Origin: a virus
Taxonomy: Duplodnaviria > Caudoviricetes
Reading direction: 5' to 3' (one strand)
DNA: 64,000 nt
IMG/VR virus record: IMGVR_UViG_3300013212_000088
Coordinates: 64,001 to 128,000 of that record
Notes under the pieces: model-generated
Told to the model about the DNA's origin: nothing
What the model saw: the letters and a program-made list of their open reading frames with translations, nothing else
Database searches by the model: none
Translations under genes and position numbers: made by a program
In this document: positions 45,801-56,900 of the stretch, in pieces
How the letters are laid out: every line of letters starts with the position of its first letter
Position numbering within the stretch: position 1 is the first letter of the stretch

Positions 45801-46780
45801 TAACCAGCTCCAGGGTCATCATATACATTAGCCTCTAATATGTAAGCTGGTAAACTTAGATCTCTAAAAGTAGTAGCTGTGTCTGTATCTCTACTTGGAA
45901 AAATACCTGGAATATAAAACAAAGCATTAATTTGAGTAGAGTCTGAATCTGATGCAAATTGTTTTTTCATAGCTAAAACAATTTGTAATCTGTTGGCCAT
46001 AGACAAATCTGATAATCTATATGAACTATCAGGTAAAGATAGAGCACCAAGTAAAGAGTCTATTTGAGTATGGGTAAGCGTTCCAATATTTTCAAGTGTT
46101 TTGTGGTCAATTTGAGGCAGTCTTTCAGCAGACAACGTACCTTTAGTAACTGTAGATATATCAAGATTTTCTATATATTCTCCAGACAGTTTTCCTTGAA
46201 CATGTTTGGCTAAATTAATTGGGCTTGGGTTATTAGATCCACCAATATGTTTATGTGAATTAATGATTCCTGAAAGAGAAGAAATTATGCTGATTCTTAC
46301 TCTTCCTGTAGTAAACGGTTCAATAGTGGTTGTTTCACCAAAAGTAACAATAACGCCACCTAATGAAACGAAATTGTCTATGTCAGTAATCTCTACCAGT
46401 GATGTAAGAAAGTCAATGTCTTTGGTAACTGGAGTGTTATCATTCGTAACTGCATAAACCCAAACTGTTGCACTTGTAATACCTGTTGGAAGAATAGGAA
46501 GCGCTACATCCTCATATGCTATTGTTTCAGAAGCTTTCCAAGAAACAAATCCTTTACCACTAGATATTCTAATGTTTTGAACATCATTAGGAATTACACT
46601 AATAACCCAAGATGAATAATTGTTACTTTCATCCTCAATAATTCCATTACCAAATATTTGATAAAGAGAATATGTTTGGGTATCTATAGCACGAAAGCGA
46701 AGCTCATCTAAATCGAGCTCTTCGCTTAAATCTTGATTGGGCTCTAAATATCCAAGCCCATAAATTGGTGTCTTTCCCAT
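42848..46780 (-). CDS. Tail fibre/baseplate protein with C-terminal NHL-type propeller (N-terminal paralogue of the 3056-aa protein)
   Basis: KTPIYGLGYL...GNGII N-terminus, HKHIGGSNNPSPINL, IYADTYNDRIIHFD, and KPTGLNVLSNGDLLIAE. Confidence 0.7.
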   Translation of the reverse strand: MGKTPIYGLGYLEPNQDLSEELDLDELRFRAIDTQTYSLYQIFGNGIIEDESNNYSSWVISVIPNDVQNIRISSGKGFVSWKASETIAYEDVALPILPTGITSATVWVYAVTNDNTPVTKDIDFLTSLVEITDIDNFVSLGGVIVTFGETTTIEPFTTGRVRISIISSLSGIINSHKHIGGSNNPSPINLAKHVQGKLSGEYIENLDISTVTKGTLSAERLPQIDHKTLENIGTLTHTQIDSLLGALSLPDSSYRLSDLSMANRLQIVLAMKKQFASDSDSTQINALFYIPGIFPSRDTDTATTFRDLSLPAYILEANVYDDPGAGYDTAVNFIEAASSDSNTAFNVFFTSKNNFTTMLNYINGKDIGELYVNSNIKIEGTTDDNADGIFKIDTPINFTILSNAAGSDFENTAYGWNYYTKKLRNTDDTYTDTQYTLFTIPATKRDWSNVTNIGLGINLADTDSACSIYMVLLVDPTDNRISDGTLVSETIEDRANTTVQTLEIKRTLPRKIFTKGADDYATDIFVNVDLSEMIELPSDRVNVVGFAFYIKTDDTSTERWNGDASPTLKLIAPASELLVDNAGDDLTTLQDARLNESNGNLSALFLWNEYLYAESSRYIFRLDTGSTSATLNLYSYKITVPAGTSYTISARITDSATEDDLNSLTALNITEEATLISGTYEIVPPSSYSITLPGSGTYTSSKFNIGKWLDIVIDLYADSEGLNTPEFEELSIDYTSVGGAQSRTWNTKYDNIADDQSGWVESEYQKFNILYGPNYTEGGLTKNVLTLDKKDVGNWIYLAKSSALSALQTASTTTKSTYEDGNDNSTAVNSLSTYLTPWQIFNKSSNYGFYKPKDFRILWDESAIYADTYNDRIIHFDTAGVVKKIIQGNLRLKLSERDFMVLAAHYNPDVAVIYLPFSQCVNILNASKIKIIYDGLDISANEIAYVSSVELLTPLVSLKSSTVVIKLTSKMNKLLSSATDKRVIILTGAFSTNGTATNDSESSDNTNNISGTGSSTPGTIVGPPSGYTNSGLGDGGKPNTLSVKADLNVMDILDSPSLKRFELKGNTNLSGTVEIFDSMSKKNTFSGFQSFDFKAMADGDITEIFDYNGDGITTTLIAPPKSGQTIAQTTPIELNMLTGPVYYANIFNPISVMVNKSYQYIVAQPFVNSVIAFDYDTANSVLWTLPSTLVPFNADLLGSAYELNNGNILIALPSQSSTALGKLMVIRRTNTDDFPIVNITLQGDAVYALPSEKSGEYYVLVDDRFNSGKNSKLLRINTSGTVVKSWNNKGLLTKPTGLNVLSNGDLLIAE

Positions 46781-46782
46781 AA

Positions 46783-47004
46783 TTAGTTAACTGGCTTATC
46801 TTCGTTGATTACTTTTGCCTGTCCCCATCTTGAAACGCCCCAAGTCAATGCATCTTGATTTGGATCATAAGTATCCCTTCTGAACTTAGACAGCATAAGA
46901 TCAGCAGCTAATTGAGACTGTGAATTGAGCTGAGCATCTCTTTGTTGCTGGTTACTTTGTATCTGATATTTGATCGCATCAGAGAGGTTGAAGAATTGAG
47001 GCAT
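46783..47004 (-). CDS. Small Gln-rich hypothetical protein
   Basis: AGGAG SD; WGVSRWG motif near the C-terminus. Confidence 0.7.
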   Translation of the reverse strand: MPQFFNLSDAIKYQIQSNQQQRDAQLNSQSQLAADLMLSKFRRDTYDPNQDALTWGVSRWGQAKVINEDKPVN

Positions 47005-47022
47005 AGTAATCTCCTAATTCAA

Positions 47023-49815
47023 TTATTTAAGGTCAAAGATTGATTTTCCTTGCACAGAAGCTGTAATAATATTTTCTTTTTTGTTAGCTTTATAAGTTAC
47101 TGCAGAATAAAAATAATTATCTGTAACCTTAAAACCACCATTCCAAAGATATTTTATATGGAAAGTTCCCATATGATGCAAAGGTCTAGTGACATAACAA
47201 TTAAAACTAACCGTGTAATTAGGTTTTCTATTCAACTCAATTTGTCTATTATGCCAATCTCTTAATGCCAATGTATCTGGCATTCCTTTTCCCCAGTTCC
47301 TATAAGTAGTTTTTTCAAAACCTACATAGCCTACTACATTAAAATTTCCGTTTAAAATTGGGTTTGGATTTTGGATAACAGGAATACGATCAAAAATAAA
47401 ACCTTCGTATCCTGAGCCTTCAGCTATCCAATTGCTATGATATCGTCCAGTGTCAGATTCAATTTGATATCCGCCTTCAGATAACAATCCGTGCCAATCT
47501 GTTAAACGCTCACTAAATGTTGTATTTCTAGAATTAGCTTGTCTCAAATCAATGTCAAAAAGTTTTAATTCATCTCTATATTTTGGATCATATTTCCAGT
47601 CTAACTTTAAATACTGCCTACTTGCATCATAAAACATGACTGGCCAATCACTTTGTTTATTCATTCTCGGCCCTAACATATTAAAAACATCTATGACGTC
47701 TGTGTAAATAGAAGCTTTTATTGCATCTTCCTCTAAAGGAGTGTTTGAGATATTTAGGTTCATTCCTGCTTGAAATCCAGGATTTAAATTATCTACATCA
47801 AAGTCAAAGAATCTGTGGAAAGATGAATGCTCCATGATTCTTCTGAAGCAGTATTTATATTTAGCTCCATGAAAAGAAAGGAAGCCAAATAATTTTGTAT
47901 TTTTAAGGACATAAGATCCTACATCTACAGCAGAAACATTAGTTACACTTCCAGATGCGGTTCTGTTAGTTTTTAATTTGATTATAAATCCTTGGAAAAA
48001 AACTTCTTCTTGCTCATATCCAGCAGAAAGCTCTATCACTAATTGATTTTGCTCAATCAAGGTTAGAATATTTACTCCATTGTAAACAGTGTCTAAAGAA
48101 AAAGCTACATCAATATTAGCTAAATTAATTTCTGCAGTAGACGATAATATTTTGCTGCCTTCATCAAATTGTGTAGATACAGACCAATCTTCTAAATATT
48201 TTGTAAGATTACCACCTAATGCATCTGAAATTGGCTTAAGCAATGACTTTGGAGGAGCTAATGAGTAGCTTGGAGTATTTTCAGATTTAACAAAAAGAGG
48301 ACCAGAGATTGCAGAACTAAACTTAATTTGAGCATATTTACTATCACCCAATGATGTGTAATCAATTTTAAGCTGATCATTCAAAACAGATCTTTGATCA
48401 TGAAAAAATGATACTCCATTTTCTAATTGAGTCGAATATCCCTGGTATGGCTGCAATGCAAAACTGTTTTCAATATGCTCAAAATATCTGTAAGTAAGAG
48501 TAGGTAAAGTATCGTCAATAAGTTGAGGGTCAAAATTATTAAAACACAATGGTTCAAACTGAAAATTTACTGAAGCATAATAAACATCCATGTATATTTC
48601 TGCTTTCTCAGATATTCCATGTGTATATTTGTCTAAAGGCTGGTTCTTGTTTTTAGAACTTGGGAAATTAGAAACCCATGTACTTGGATCTGGTGTAGTT
48701 CCATAAAGCAAAATGTCATTTAGAAAATGAAAATAAAGATTAATTTCATTTCCAGATGTAGCAATAATACCCAAATTGAACTTTGCTACTGTGACGTTTG
48801 CTTGATTTACCATATATATTTGCACTTTTTCATTAGGCGCTATAATTATTATATATTTAAAAGCGTTTTGTTTATTTTTGATATGTGCAAACTCTTTTGC
48901 ATCTTTGGATAATGCTATGGAATCTATAACAATTTCAATTCTGGACTGTTTTCCTTGGATTTGTTGCTGAGGAAAACTAGGAAGTAATTGCAAATGAAAA
49001 CTTGAATTGTATGATCCTTTCTCCTTTACATCAAATGAATATTTTTTTTGTTTAGCATCAAAACAAAATAGTTTTGCATTTTCTTCAGATGTTCCATAAA
49101 CAATATCATTTGATATAGTAAAGAGTCTTTTTACTCTACATGCATGGTCAGGACTAGTGACCTCAACAAAAGCACCGTTATTTATATCATCGACAGTATT
49201 AATATTGGGTGTATTGGGATCTTCAAATATTTGCCCAGAATATTTTTGACATTTAGTAAGATCAATTTTTTTGCCAAATATTTCAGTAATTTTCCAAATA
49301 TTGTAAGTTATAAAAGCACTAGCATTATATAAATTAGATTTTCTATAAGGCATGAAGGGTTGTTGTGGACCTTGTAAGACATCTAATGTTGGGAAAACAT
49401 TTTCTACATTACTGTTATTTCTTGGATTGTTATCAAACTGCGGAAGTGTTTTATATTGATCCTTTCTTGGCCCCATAATTAAATTAAATACTGGGTGTGG
49501 AATAGAATCAGTACCAACATCAAATGCACCATAGGCAAATGTACATTTAGGAGCGCCAACAGCAGTATTTACTTTAGGTATAAATCCACCATAAATACTT
49601 GGTACAGAACTTAAATAATCTGATGTATTTAATGTGTAAAGATTATTATTAATCTTTACTTGAGAGGAATGCATCTTATTATTTTGAGGGGAAAAATTTT
49701 CTACATTTTCACTTTTATTTGCAGTGTAAAAACCCTCAGCAATAGGCTTATCAGGATTATATAAAAGATATAATCTGCATGATTGCTTTAATTCTCTTGT
49801 TGGATCAATTATCAT
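47023..49815 (-). CDS. Baseplate hub-like protein
   Basis: C-terminal half has the IELSAGY....FFQGFI.......VTNVSAVD..Y.L pattern typical of gp27/gpD-like hub proteins; lies downstream of the tape-measure candidates. Confidence 0.5.
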   Translation of the reverse strand: MIIDPTRELKQSCRLYLLYNPDKPIAEGFYTANKSENVENFSPQNNKMHSSQVKINNNLYTLNTSDYLSSVPSIYGGFIPKVNTAVGAPKCTFAYGAFDVGTDSIPHPVFNLIMGPRKDQYKTLPQFDNNPRNNSNVENVFPTLDVLQGPQQPFMPYRKSNLYNASAFITYNIWKITEIFGKKIDLTKCQKYSGQIFEDPNTPNINTVDDINNGAFVEVTSPDHACRVKRLFTISNDIVYGTSEENAKLFCFDAKQKKYSFDVKEKGSYNSSFHLQLLPSFPQQQIQGKQSRIEIVIDSIALSKDAKEFAHIKNKQNAFKYIIIIAPNEKVQIYMVNQANVTVAKFNLGIIATSGNEINLYFHFLNDILLYGTTPDPSTWVSNFPSSKNKNQPLDKYTHGISEKAEIYMDVYYASVNFQFEPLCFNNFDPQLIDDTLPTLTYRYFEHIENSFALQPYQGYSTQLENGVSFFHDQRSVLNDQLKIDYTSLGDSKYAQIKFSSAISGPLFVKSENTPSYSLAPPKSLLKPISDALGGNLTKYLEDWSVSTQFDEGSKILSSTAEINLANIDVAFSLDTVYNGVNILTLIEQNQLVIELSAGYEQEEVFFQGFIIKLKTNRTASGSVTNVSAVDVGSYVLKNTKLFGFLSFHGAKYKYCFRRIMEHSSFHRFFDFDVDNLNPGFQAGMNLNISNTPLEEDAIKASIYTDVIDVFNMLGPRMNKQSDWPVMFYDASRQYLKLDWKYDPKYRDELKLFDIDLRQANSRNTTFSERLTDWHGLLSEGGYQIESDTGRYHSNWIAEGSGYEGFIFDRIPVIQNPNPILNGNFNVVGYVGFEKTTYRNWGKGMPDTLALRDWHNRQIELNRKPNYTVSFNCYVTRPLHHMGTFHIKYLWNGGFKVTDNYFYSAVTYKANKKENIITASVQGKSIFDLK
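47024..47051 (-). promoter_or_regulatory. Candidate phage-specific promoter AAGG-N18-TAAATA
   Basis: Minus strand AAGG aaaatcaatctttgacct TAAATA, 19 nt before the ATG at 47004. Confidence 0.45.
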
Positions 49816-52800
49816 TATGATAAACCTTTGTAGTATTTTTTTTCTGTTACGTAAGAGTAAGGAATAATATTTCTTGAAACTATGGTGTTGTCTATGTCCT
49901 TATACCAAACAGACAACGAGCTAGACGTTCCTTTATTTTCAAGACTAATTCCGGCCCTCTGCAAAACAATATCTACTTTTTCATCTCTGTCATTATTATT
50001 CATAACTAAATATTTTTCTTGATTCAATGCATAAACTAATTTATTTTTCTCATCCAAAGTAAAATTACCCGCTATCAGCTGTAATTTTGGATTTATGTTT
50101 GCACCACCAGGATAACCAGAATAACCAGTTTTAAAATAAAACAGTTTGTTATCACACCAAAAAATTGTATGCATTACTCTTCTTACAGAATCATATTTTG
50201 AACTAATGCCATATATTTGAAGAGATGAATAGAGTTTTGGAAGTAGTGCTTCGAAAGTAAATAAAGTAAATTCTGGGCTTGTTTGACTTAAATTAAAACT
50301 TTTTGATTTAATTGCATACTGTGAAGAGTTTTTAATATAATGCAATAAAAAATCATTAGTATTTAGCTTAATCAAATCTACATGTGTTGCTAGTAAATTG
50401 TCAACAGTTGCAACTTCTTCAGCAGTTCTTAAATCAATGAGACCTGGGAACAAACTTAAATCTTCGGGCTTATCTCCGGCTAATAAATAATTTCTATATT
50501 CGTTTTTACCGTCTGAAGATACGTTGACTGATCTATTAATTTTAAAAATAAGAGATCCTGGCTGAGCAAATCCAGCTCCATAAAATGTTTGACTAGCTTT
50601 ATCTATTGCTGGAGTAAACAAATTAAAACCAGAAAATATTTTCTTTACTTCTTGCCCAAAACCTGCTGTTGTTGCATATCTTTGCTCTGCAGGAAGACCC
50701 CATCTTTTAGCATCACCATCATTTTGATTTAGTGCAGCTGAAATAAAATTACCTTCCGAACTTTCTGCTTCTGTCATCAAATAAATATGATCAGCGCTAT
50801 ATGGGTTGCCGTTAGAAGTTGAAAAATTAAGCATCTTTGGCTTAGAACCATGTAAGCTAGCAACTACTGATCCTGATGAATTATAATTAGCTACAGTATA
50901 TTGATCAAGTGAGCTTCCATATGAATTAACTCTTAATACATCAATTTCACCTAATTCATTTGCGCTTGTCCTATTACTCGAATAAGCCACTATAAATGAA
51001 TCACTAAAACCGCTATTAACAACTCCAATTGAATCTTCTGCTAAATCTGCAACACCAGCAACAGTCCTAAACTTCGGCTCTGCACTTCCAAAGCTATGGT
51101 TTAGTCTTACCTCCATATCAGAGGGTAGATTTACATACCAAGTAGGTGAATAAAGTGTTCCACTTAGGACATATGGATCTTGAAATGTAACTGTTTTTGT
51201 GCCCAAGCTTTCTGAAGAAGCAATAAAATAAAATTGACTGTCTGCATCAGCGTCAGCTCCAAGTATTTTAGTTGGTGCTAATGGGAGATCTTCATAATAT
51301 GCTGGAGATCCTATTGCTGAAGGCGTAGAGGGAGAATTGTAAATGATTCTTTCTTGCTCAATTGTATTTTGTTTAATTTCTATGCTGTCAATTCTAAAAC
51401 CAAATTTAATTTTTAATATTTTGTCATAGTATTCTAGTAATTCAGAGTACGTGTAATTTAAATCACAATAAGGCAAATATGTTAATCTTAAAACAAATTG
51501 AGTTTCTGCGCCATCAATTAAAAATGGGAAGTTGATATTAGTTCTGTAGGAATATGTTTGAAAAGATAACCCCACGCCTTTAAGTTCAGAAGATTTAAAT
51601 AATCTACTTACTACTTTGCCCTCAACATCTACAAGCAAGCCTTCGATTATAAGATTAAAATCAATGCTTATATCGCTTATTCTATTTCTTTTAACTTCAA
51701 TTTCCCAAGATCCTGTATTAATTCTGCCGTTTTGTAATGAAACTACATCCGTAACAAAATCCGTAATAATTGTTTTGCTAACACTTGTAGTCTTTGATAA
51801 CGTTCTAAAAAGCTCTTCAGTAATTGAAACATTCAATTTACCAGTATCATAATTTTCAAATGCATCTGGTTTTTTAAGAAGTACAACATCTTCAAAAGCA
51901 TAACTATTTTCAGCACCCGCATATGAAACAAACTTATTACTATATGGTATGTAATCATAATTTTTTTCAAAATCGGTTGCATTTTCATAAGTTATAGGTA
52001 TTGGTCTCTTGCCTGTCATGCTTGAAGAAACTTTCAATGAATCAGCAATTTTTAAGTATGAATTGGATGTGAAGCTTGTATCTGATGGATTTCTGATAGC
52101 ATGAAGCTCTCTAGAAATAACCTGATAAATTGGAGTTTCAAACCCATTTTTTTCTGTGTCTGAAGCAAAATTCACAACAGTACCAGAAACTTTACTTCCA
52201 GAAGCTTTTACATATACTCCAACAACTAATACTGCTTGATCAAAAGAAGCTTCAGGCATAGATATAATTTGCTTATCCGAAATATATCTTGCTATTTCAT
52301 ATTGTGTAAGATTAGTTGGAGATGGAGGGGCTATTAAAACTTGATCATACTTTGTTGGTGACTTTTTGATTAATTTAGTAGTAGTTGAAGTTGACTCAAA
52401 ACAAATCTCTGTTTCAGATCTATATGCTAATAAATTATTTTTTTGATATGAGTCTTTAGGGGCAAACCACATTCTAAAATAAACATGATAGTTATTATTA
52501 TTAAAATTATTGATTGTTTGAGTTTGAAATGACGCTCTAAATAATCCCTTAGAAAAGTTAACTCCATTTTTAAGAGACACAGGATTTGTTTCATCTTCTG
52601 CCACAAATGTTGCTATTTCTTGATCAAAATCAATAAGCCCTGACTCTTGATTAACTGTTTGTTTAAATGAAAAAGATTCATTTTTTGAAAGTGTTGCAAC
52701 TTTGTTTAGCTTTAAATATTGAGATGCAGGGTTGTCTTTTTTAAGTTTAGCATCTTCAAAGAAAACATATCTTGCCTGTCTTTTACCAGCTTGAATACCT

Positions 52801-53921
52801 AAAAGTGTAAATTGATAAGCTGAAAATGGTGTTTCTAATCCTAAACCACCAAATATATCAAACGCCCCAGTAATAGGAACAGACGCAAAATAAAATCTTA
52901 AATTGACACCATGAGCAAACCCTGGACTATTAGTTCTAGCCTCAGGATTAAATAATTTCAAATTTACTGTAGGTCTATAATTATCGCCTTTGGGAAAAGT
53001 TACAAAATAAGTATTTTTTTCAGGTTCAATTACTTTTCTTAGAGTAATTGCATATCCTAAAATACTACATGGAAGATTTTTGGGATTTAAGTTATTTTCG
53101 TCTACAGCTCTAAAAATCCAAATACGCCTAATTCTAAAACGTAAACTTGAACAATTTAAAGCTTCGTCAGTAAGAGAAAACTTTAAATTGTCAGCAGAGG
53201 GTCTTTGAAGAGCTGATAAGGATATTCCAGTTAATAAATTCTTCTGTATTACTTCAGGGTAGGATGTTGTCGCCACTCCATTTTTAGAAACTTCTTTATG
53301 AATACCAGTTAAGCTTAATGTTAATGGGATGGTTCCATTGTCAGGACTAAATTGTTTGCCTTCTAATAACAAACTAATTAATTTATATTCTGCATAAGGA
53401 AAATCACTTAATGCTGTTGTATCACCTTGCCTATAAGCAATTATTTTAGCAATATGTTCTTCATTAGTAATAAAGCTAAATATAGAATCATCATAAGGAT
53501 CAAAAGATAAACTATATTCAATATTTAAGCATCCAAGTTTAAAAGTAAAATTGGGTAATTTTATTGAATAGCTTAATGAAGTTCTTATTGAAAAATCTTC
53601 TTCGAGTTCATTCGTCAAAACAAAACTTTTCATAGGTGGTAAGCCAATATATAAAGTTGGGTTTGTTAATGGACGATATGTATTAAAGAAAGGCCATATT
53701 TCAGAATTAGTATTAGTTAAAATAGTCCCAGTTGTACTAATAAAAATCTTGTCAGTTTCTAATATAGATTTTGTGGCTTGAACATTATAATACTGTCCTC
53801 TTACACACCTGGCAATAGAATATCCAGTGCCAATATCGTCTCCATTAGCATTTGTTGTTGGGAACCATTTCTTACCTGCTTTGGGTGGTGAAAATGGGGG
53901 ATTGATATGTGAATCTGGCAT
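49815..53921 (-). CDS. Large hypothetical virion protein (1368 aa)
   Basis: Beta-rich ORF coupled by an overlap to the hub-like gene; no family recognised. Confidence 0.55.
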   Translation of the reverse strand: MPDSHINPPFSPPKAGKKWFPTTNANGDDIGTGYSIARCVRGQYYNVQATKSILETDKIFISTTGTILTNTNSEIWPFFNTYRPLTNPTLYIGLPPMKSFVLTNELEEDFSIRTSLSYSIKLPNFTFKLGCLNIEYSLSFDPYDDSIFSFITNEEHIAKIIAYRQGDTTALSDFPYAEYKLISLLLEGKQFSPDNGTIPLTLSLTGIHKEVSKNGVATTSYPEVIQKNLLTGISLSALQRPSADNLKFSLTDEALNCSSLRFRIRRIWIFRAVDENNLNPKNLPCSILGYAITLRKVIEPEKNTYFVTFPKGDNYRPTVNLKLFNPEARTNSPGFAHGVNLRFYFASVPITGAFDIFGGLGLETPFSAYQFTLLGIQAGKRQARYVFFEDAKLKKDNPASQYLKLNKVATLSKNESFSFKQTVNQESGLIDFDQEIATFVAEDETNPVSLKNGVNFSKGLFRASFQTQTINNFNNNNYHVYFRMWFAPKDSYQKNNLLAYRSETEICFESTSTTTKLIKKSPTKYDQVLIAPPSPTNLTQYEIARYISDKQIISMPEASFDQAVLVVGVYVKASGSKVSGTVVNFASDTEKNGFETPIYQVISRELHAIRNPSDTSFTSNSYLKIADSLKVSSSMTGKRPIPITYENATDFEKNYDYIPYSNKFVSYAGAENSYAFEDVVLLKKPDAFENYDTGKLNVSITEELFRTLSKTTSVSKTIITDFVTDVVSLQNGRINTGSWEIEVKRNRISDISIDFNLIIEGLLVDVEGKVVSRLFKSSELKGVGLSFQTYSYRTNINFPFLIDGAETQFVLRLTYLPYCDLNYTYSELLEYYDKILKIKFGFRIDSIEIKQNTIEQERIIYNSPSTPSAIGSPAYYEDLPLAPTKILGADADADSQFYFIASSESLGTKTVTFQDPYVLSGTLYSPTWYVNLPSDMEVRLNHSFGSAEPKFRTVAGVADLAEDSIGVVNSGFSDSFIVAYSSNRTSANELGEIDVLRVNSYGSSLDQYTVANYNSSGSVVASLHGSKPKMLNFSTSNGNPYSADHIYLMTEAESSEGNFISAALNQNDGDAKRWGLPAEQRYATTAGFGQEVKKIFSGFNLFTPAIDKASQTFYGAGFAQPGSLIFKINRSVNVSSDGKNEYRNYLLAGDKPEDLSLFPGLIDLRTAEEVATVDNLLATHVDLIKLNTNDFLLHYIKNSSQYAIKSKSFNLSQTSPEFTLFTFEALLPKLYSSLQIYGISSKYDSVRRVMHTIFWCDNKLFYFKTGYSGYPGGANINPKLQLIAGNFTLDEKNKLVYALNQEKYLVMNNNDRDEKVDIVLQRAGISLENKGTSSSLSVWYKDIDNTIVSRNIIPYSYVTEKKYYKGLS

Positions 53922-53922
53922 T

Positions 53923-56900
53923 TTAGGTGTTTAAGAACTTTATAAACATATCTTGAATATCGTCTTTTACTCTTTTCTCTGTTTTTCTTATTTCATCTGA
54001 AGTTCGTCTTTCATAATATTCTGTAACTTCAAATATAATTTTCTGTTTTAAAATTATAATGTCTTCTTGTGTAACATTATAAGATTTTAATTTTTGTTCT
54101 ATCTTCTCAAAAACTGTTTCTGTAATTTCAAGAATGTTTATTCTTTCAATTTCAGTGATTGTTGTTTCTGTTTCTCTAATAATTTTAGAAGTATTTGAAG
54201 AAACAGTTGCACCATCATTCAAATTATAATAGTTTGACTCATTCTTGGTTGATGAGTAATCTTGATTTAAATTATTTTCAACACTATTATTTACAACATT
54301 ATTTGTGGTTGAATTAATATTATTTGAGCTATTGTTAAAAGTTCTTTGATCAACATTGTTAACATTATTTATTTCGCTTTCAGAGTTGATTTCTTCAACT
54401 ATCTTATTAACTTCTGTTTTGACAAAGCTATTCCAAATCTTATCGATTCTAAGATTACTTACATCTACATCTTCTTCATTATTAATTACTTCAAATGAAC
54501 TGTTTGTATTTTTGAATGTTTGTTCAGTTGTACTTGTTGTATTAATCTTTGAAATATTATCAGGTAAGCTTATGTTCTTTGAATTATTATCGTAGTTTAG
54601 TACACTTAACTGGCTATAGTTTTGCGCACTGTTATTTGTAATTTTTTGACTTATAACTTCATTAATTTCATTTTGAAAATTATCCAAAATAACAGTATTT
54701 AAAAGAGAATAATTATTTGTAGATTTTAAAACTCTAGCTAGATCATTAGATAATTCAGTGTTATTTTGTTGGTTTAAAATATTGTCAATATTTTCATTAA
54801 ATATTTCTGTTTTTAAAGTATTTTTAATTAAATCAGATGCTCTACTTACAACTTGTGAATTAAGAATATTTTGATTTATATAAATGTTGTTATTTAATGT
54901 TTGGGTAATAACTTTTTGAATGTCATAATTTTGTATATTTAGTTCAGCTTGTTCAATTAAGTTTTTTGTCAAATAGTTGAAAGTTCTCTCCATGTTAAAG
55001 ACATTATAATTTTTCATTAAGCTATTTAGAATAGAATCTCTAGTTGCGCTCATGAATGAAATTGAACTTACAATATTTTCAACTTTTTGCTGAACTGAAA
55101 GACTATTGTTCAAACTAATAAGCTTTACAGTTTCCAAAAGATTTGAATATGTTTTGGTTTCATAATTTTCAAATCTTTGTTTAACCACCTCTTCAGAATA
55201 AATGTTATTAAGTTCTGTAATTATATTATTTTTTTCCACAACATTCATATTGGAAAAATTAGCATTAGTAGATGAACTTTGATAAACACTTGAAATATTT
55301 TGTTGTGTTACATTAGAGAAATTATTTATAACATTTTGCAGACTGTTATTGGATTCTAAAACATTATTTAAAACCTGCTTTACTTCATTATTCAAAAACA
55401 CAGAATTAGTATTTAATTTTTCTTGAAAATTAGAAAAAGTCAAAAGTTCTTTATTTTCTTTGACAAAACTTTTGTATTCATTATTTTCAATTAAAGTGTT
55501 GGCAATAAAATCAATCTGCTCTAATTTAACTTGATTTATTTTATTTTCAAAATTATTTATAACTTGCTTTAATTCATTATAATTTTCAATATTTTCTATT
55601 TCATTTCTAAGCGTGTTAAGTATTTTAATTTCATTTTTTACTTCAGAAAATTCAGTGGTATATTTAAGCGCTGTCTCCCTTGCTAAAATATTTATTTCTT
55701 CAAAATTATTTATTGTGGTTGAGCTTTCTATAAGATCTACTTTAAATGCTAAATTATTCAAATAGTTTGCAAAATAATTTAATTGATTGTTTTCATTAAT
55801 TTCATAATTATTTGCTATGATATTTCTTTGAATAACATTTTTAAGTTGATTGACATTACTGGAATTAAAGTTATTTACATTTAATGTTTTAAGTACATTT
55901 GAGATATTTTCTATCTTAATATTTTGGTTACTTAAAATATTTTCAGCTGTGGATAAAGTTTCATTTAAGAATTGTTGCTTTAAATTATTTACATAATTTT
56001 TATTTTCTTCTTGGCTATTATTTTTGACAGAATTATAAATCTCATTAATAAACTCTGAGTTTTCATTTACAATTGTGTTTTCATTCAAACTTTGATTAAC
56101 ACTTAAATTGTTCAATTCAGTATTGATAGTATTAAGTATTTGCTCAACATTTGTAGTAGCGTTCAGTTGCTCGGTTATATTATTTACCGCAGTATTAAAT
56201 TGTTGAGATAAATTAGAGTTATTTATTTGATTTAAAACTGATATATTTTTAAGTTCAGAATAGTTTTTATTTTCAATTAAAGTCTTTGCCACTAATTCGC
56301 TAGTAATGTTTGAGAGATTGTTAACATAACTGTCTATATTTTCAACTATAGAATTATTTAAAATATTATCGCTTGAAGAGTTTGTAATAATATTTTTGAT
56401 GTCTACAAATGCATTCTTCACTTCTTCAAGGTTATATTTATTCAACACTTCTTTGATTTCGGTAAGTGTGGCGAAGCTATTTACAGACTCTTTTTTCTCA
56501 ATAATATTTTTAATTTCACTTACAAAAATATAATCATCAAAAGCAGAATTATATACGTTCTCTTTGATTACATTTAGAGTGTAGTTAGAAATAGTTTCAT
56601 TCTGTCTGATTAAGAAATTCTTGACTTCTTCTTCAACAATATTGCTAGAAGTTATTAAATTAAAAAACTTATTAGTAATATCGGTATTTTGAGTCTTAGT
56701 TAATCTTTCTTGTATTTCAGAAACTACTTCATTATTTGGTGCAAGAATAGATATTTTGTCAATAGTGTTTTGGAATGTTTTAAGTATATCTCTAGTGCCA
56801 ATTAAAGACTGAGAAATATTTGTCAGCTCAATTGAAGTTTTATAAACCTTGTTGATAAATGATTCAATATTGTTATTTTTTATATCAGTAAATCTATTCA

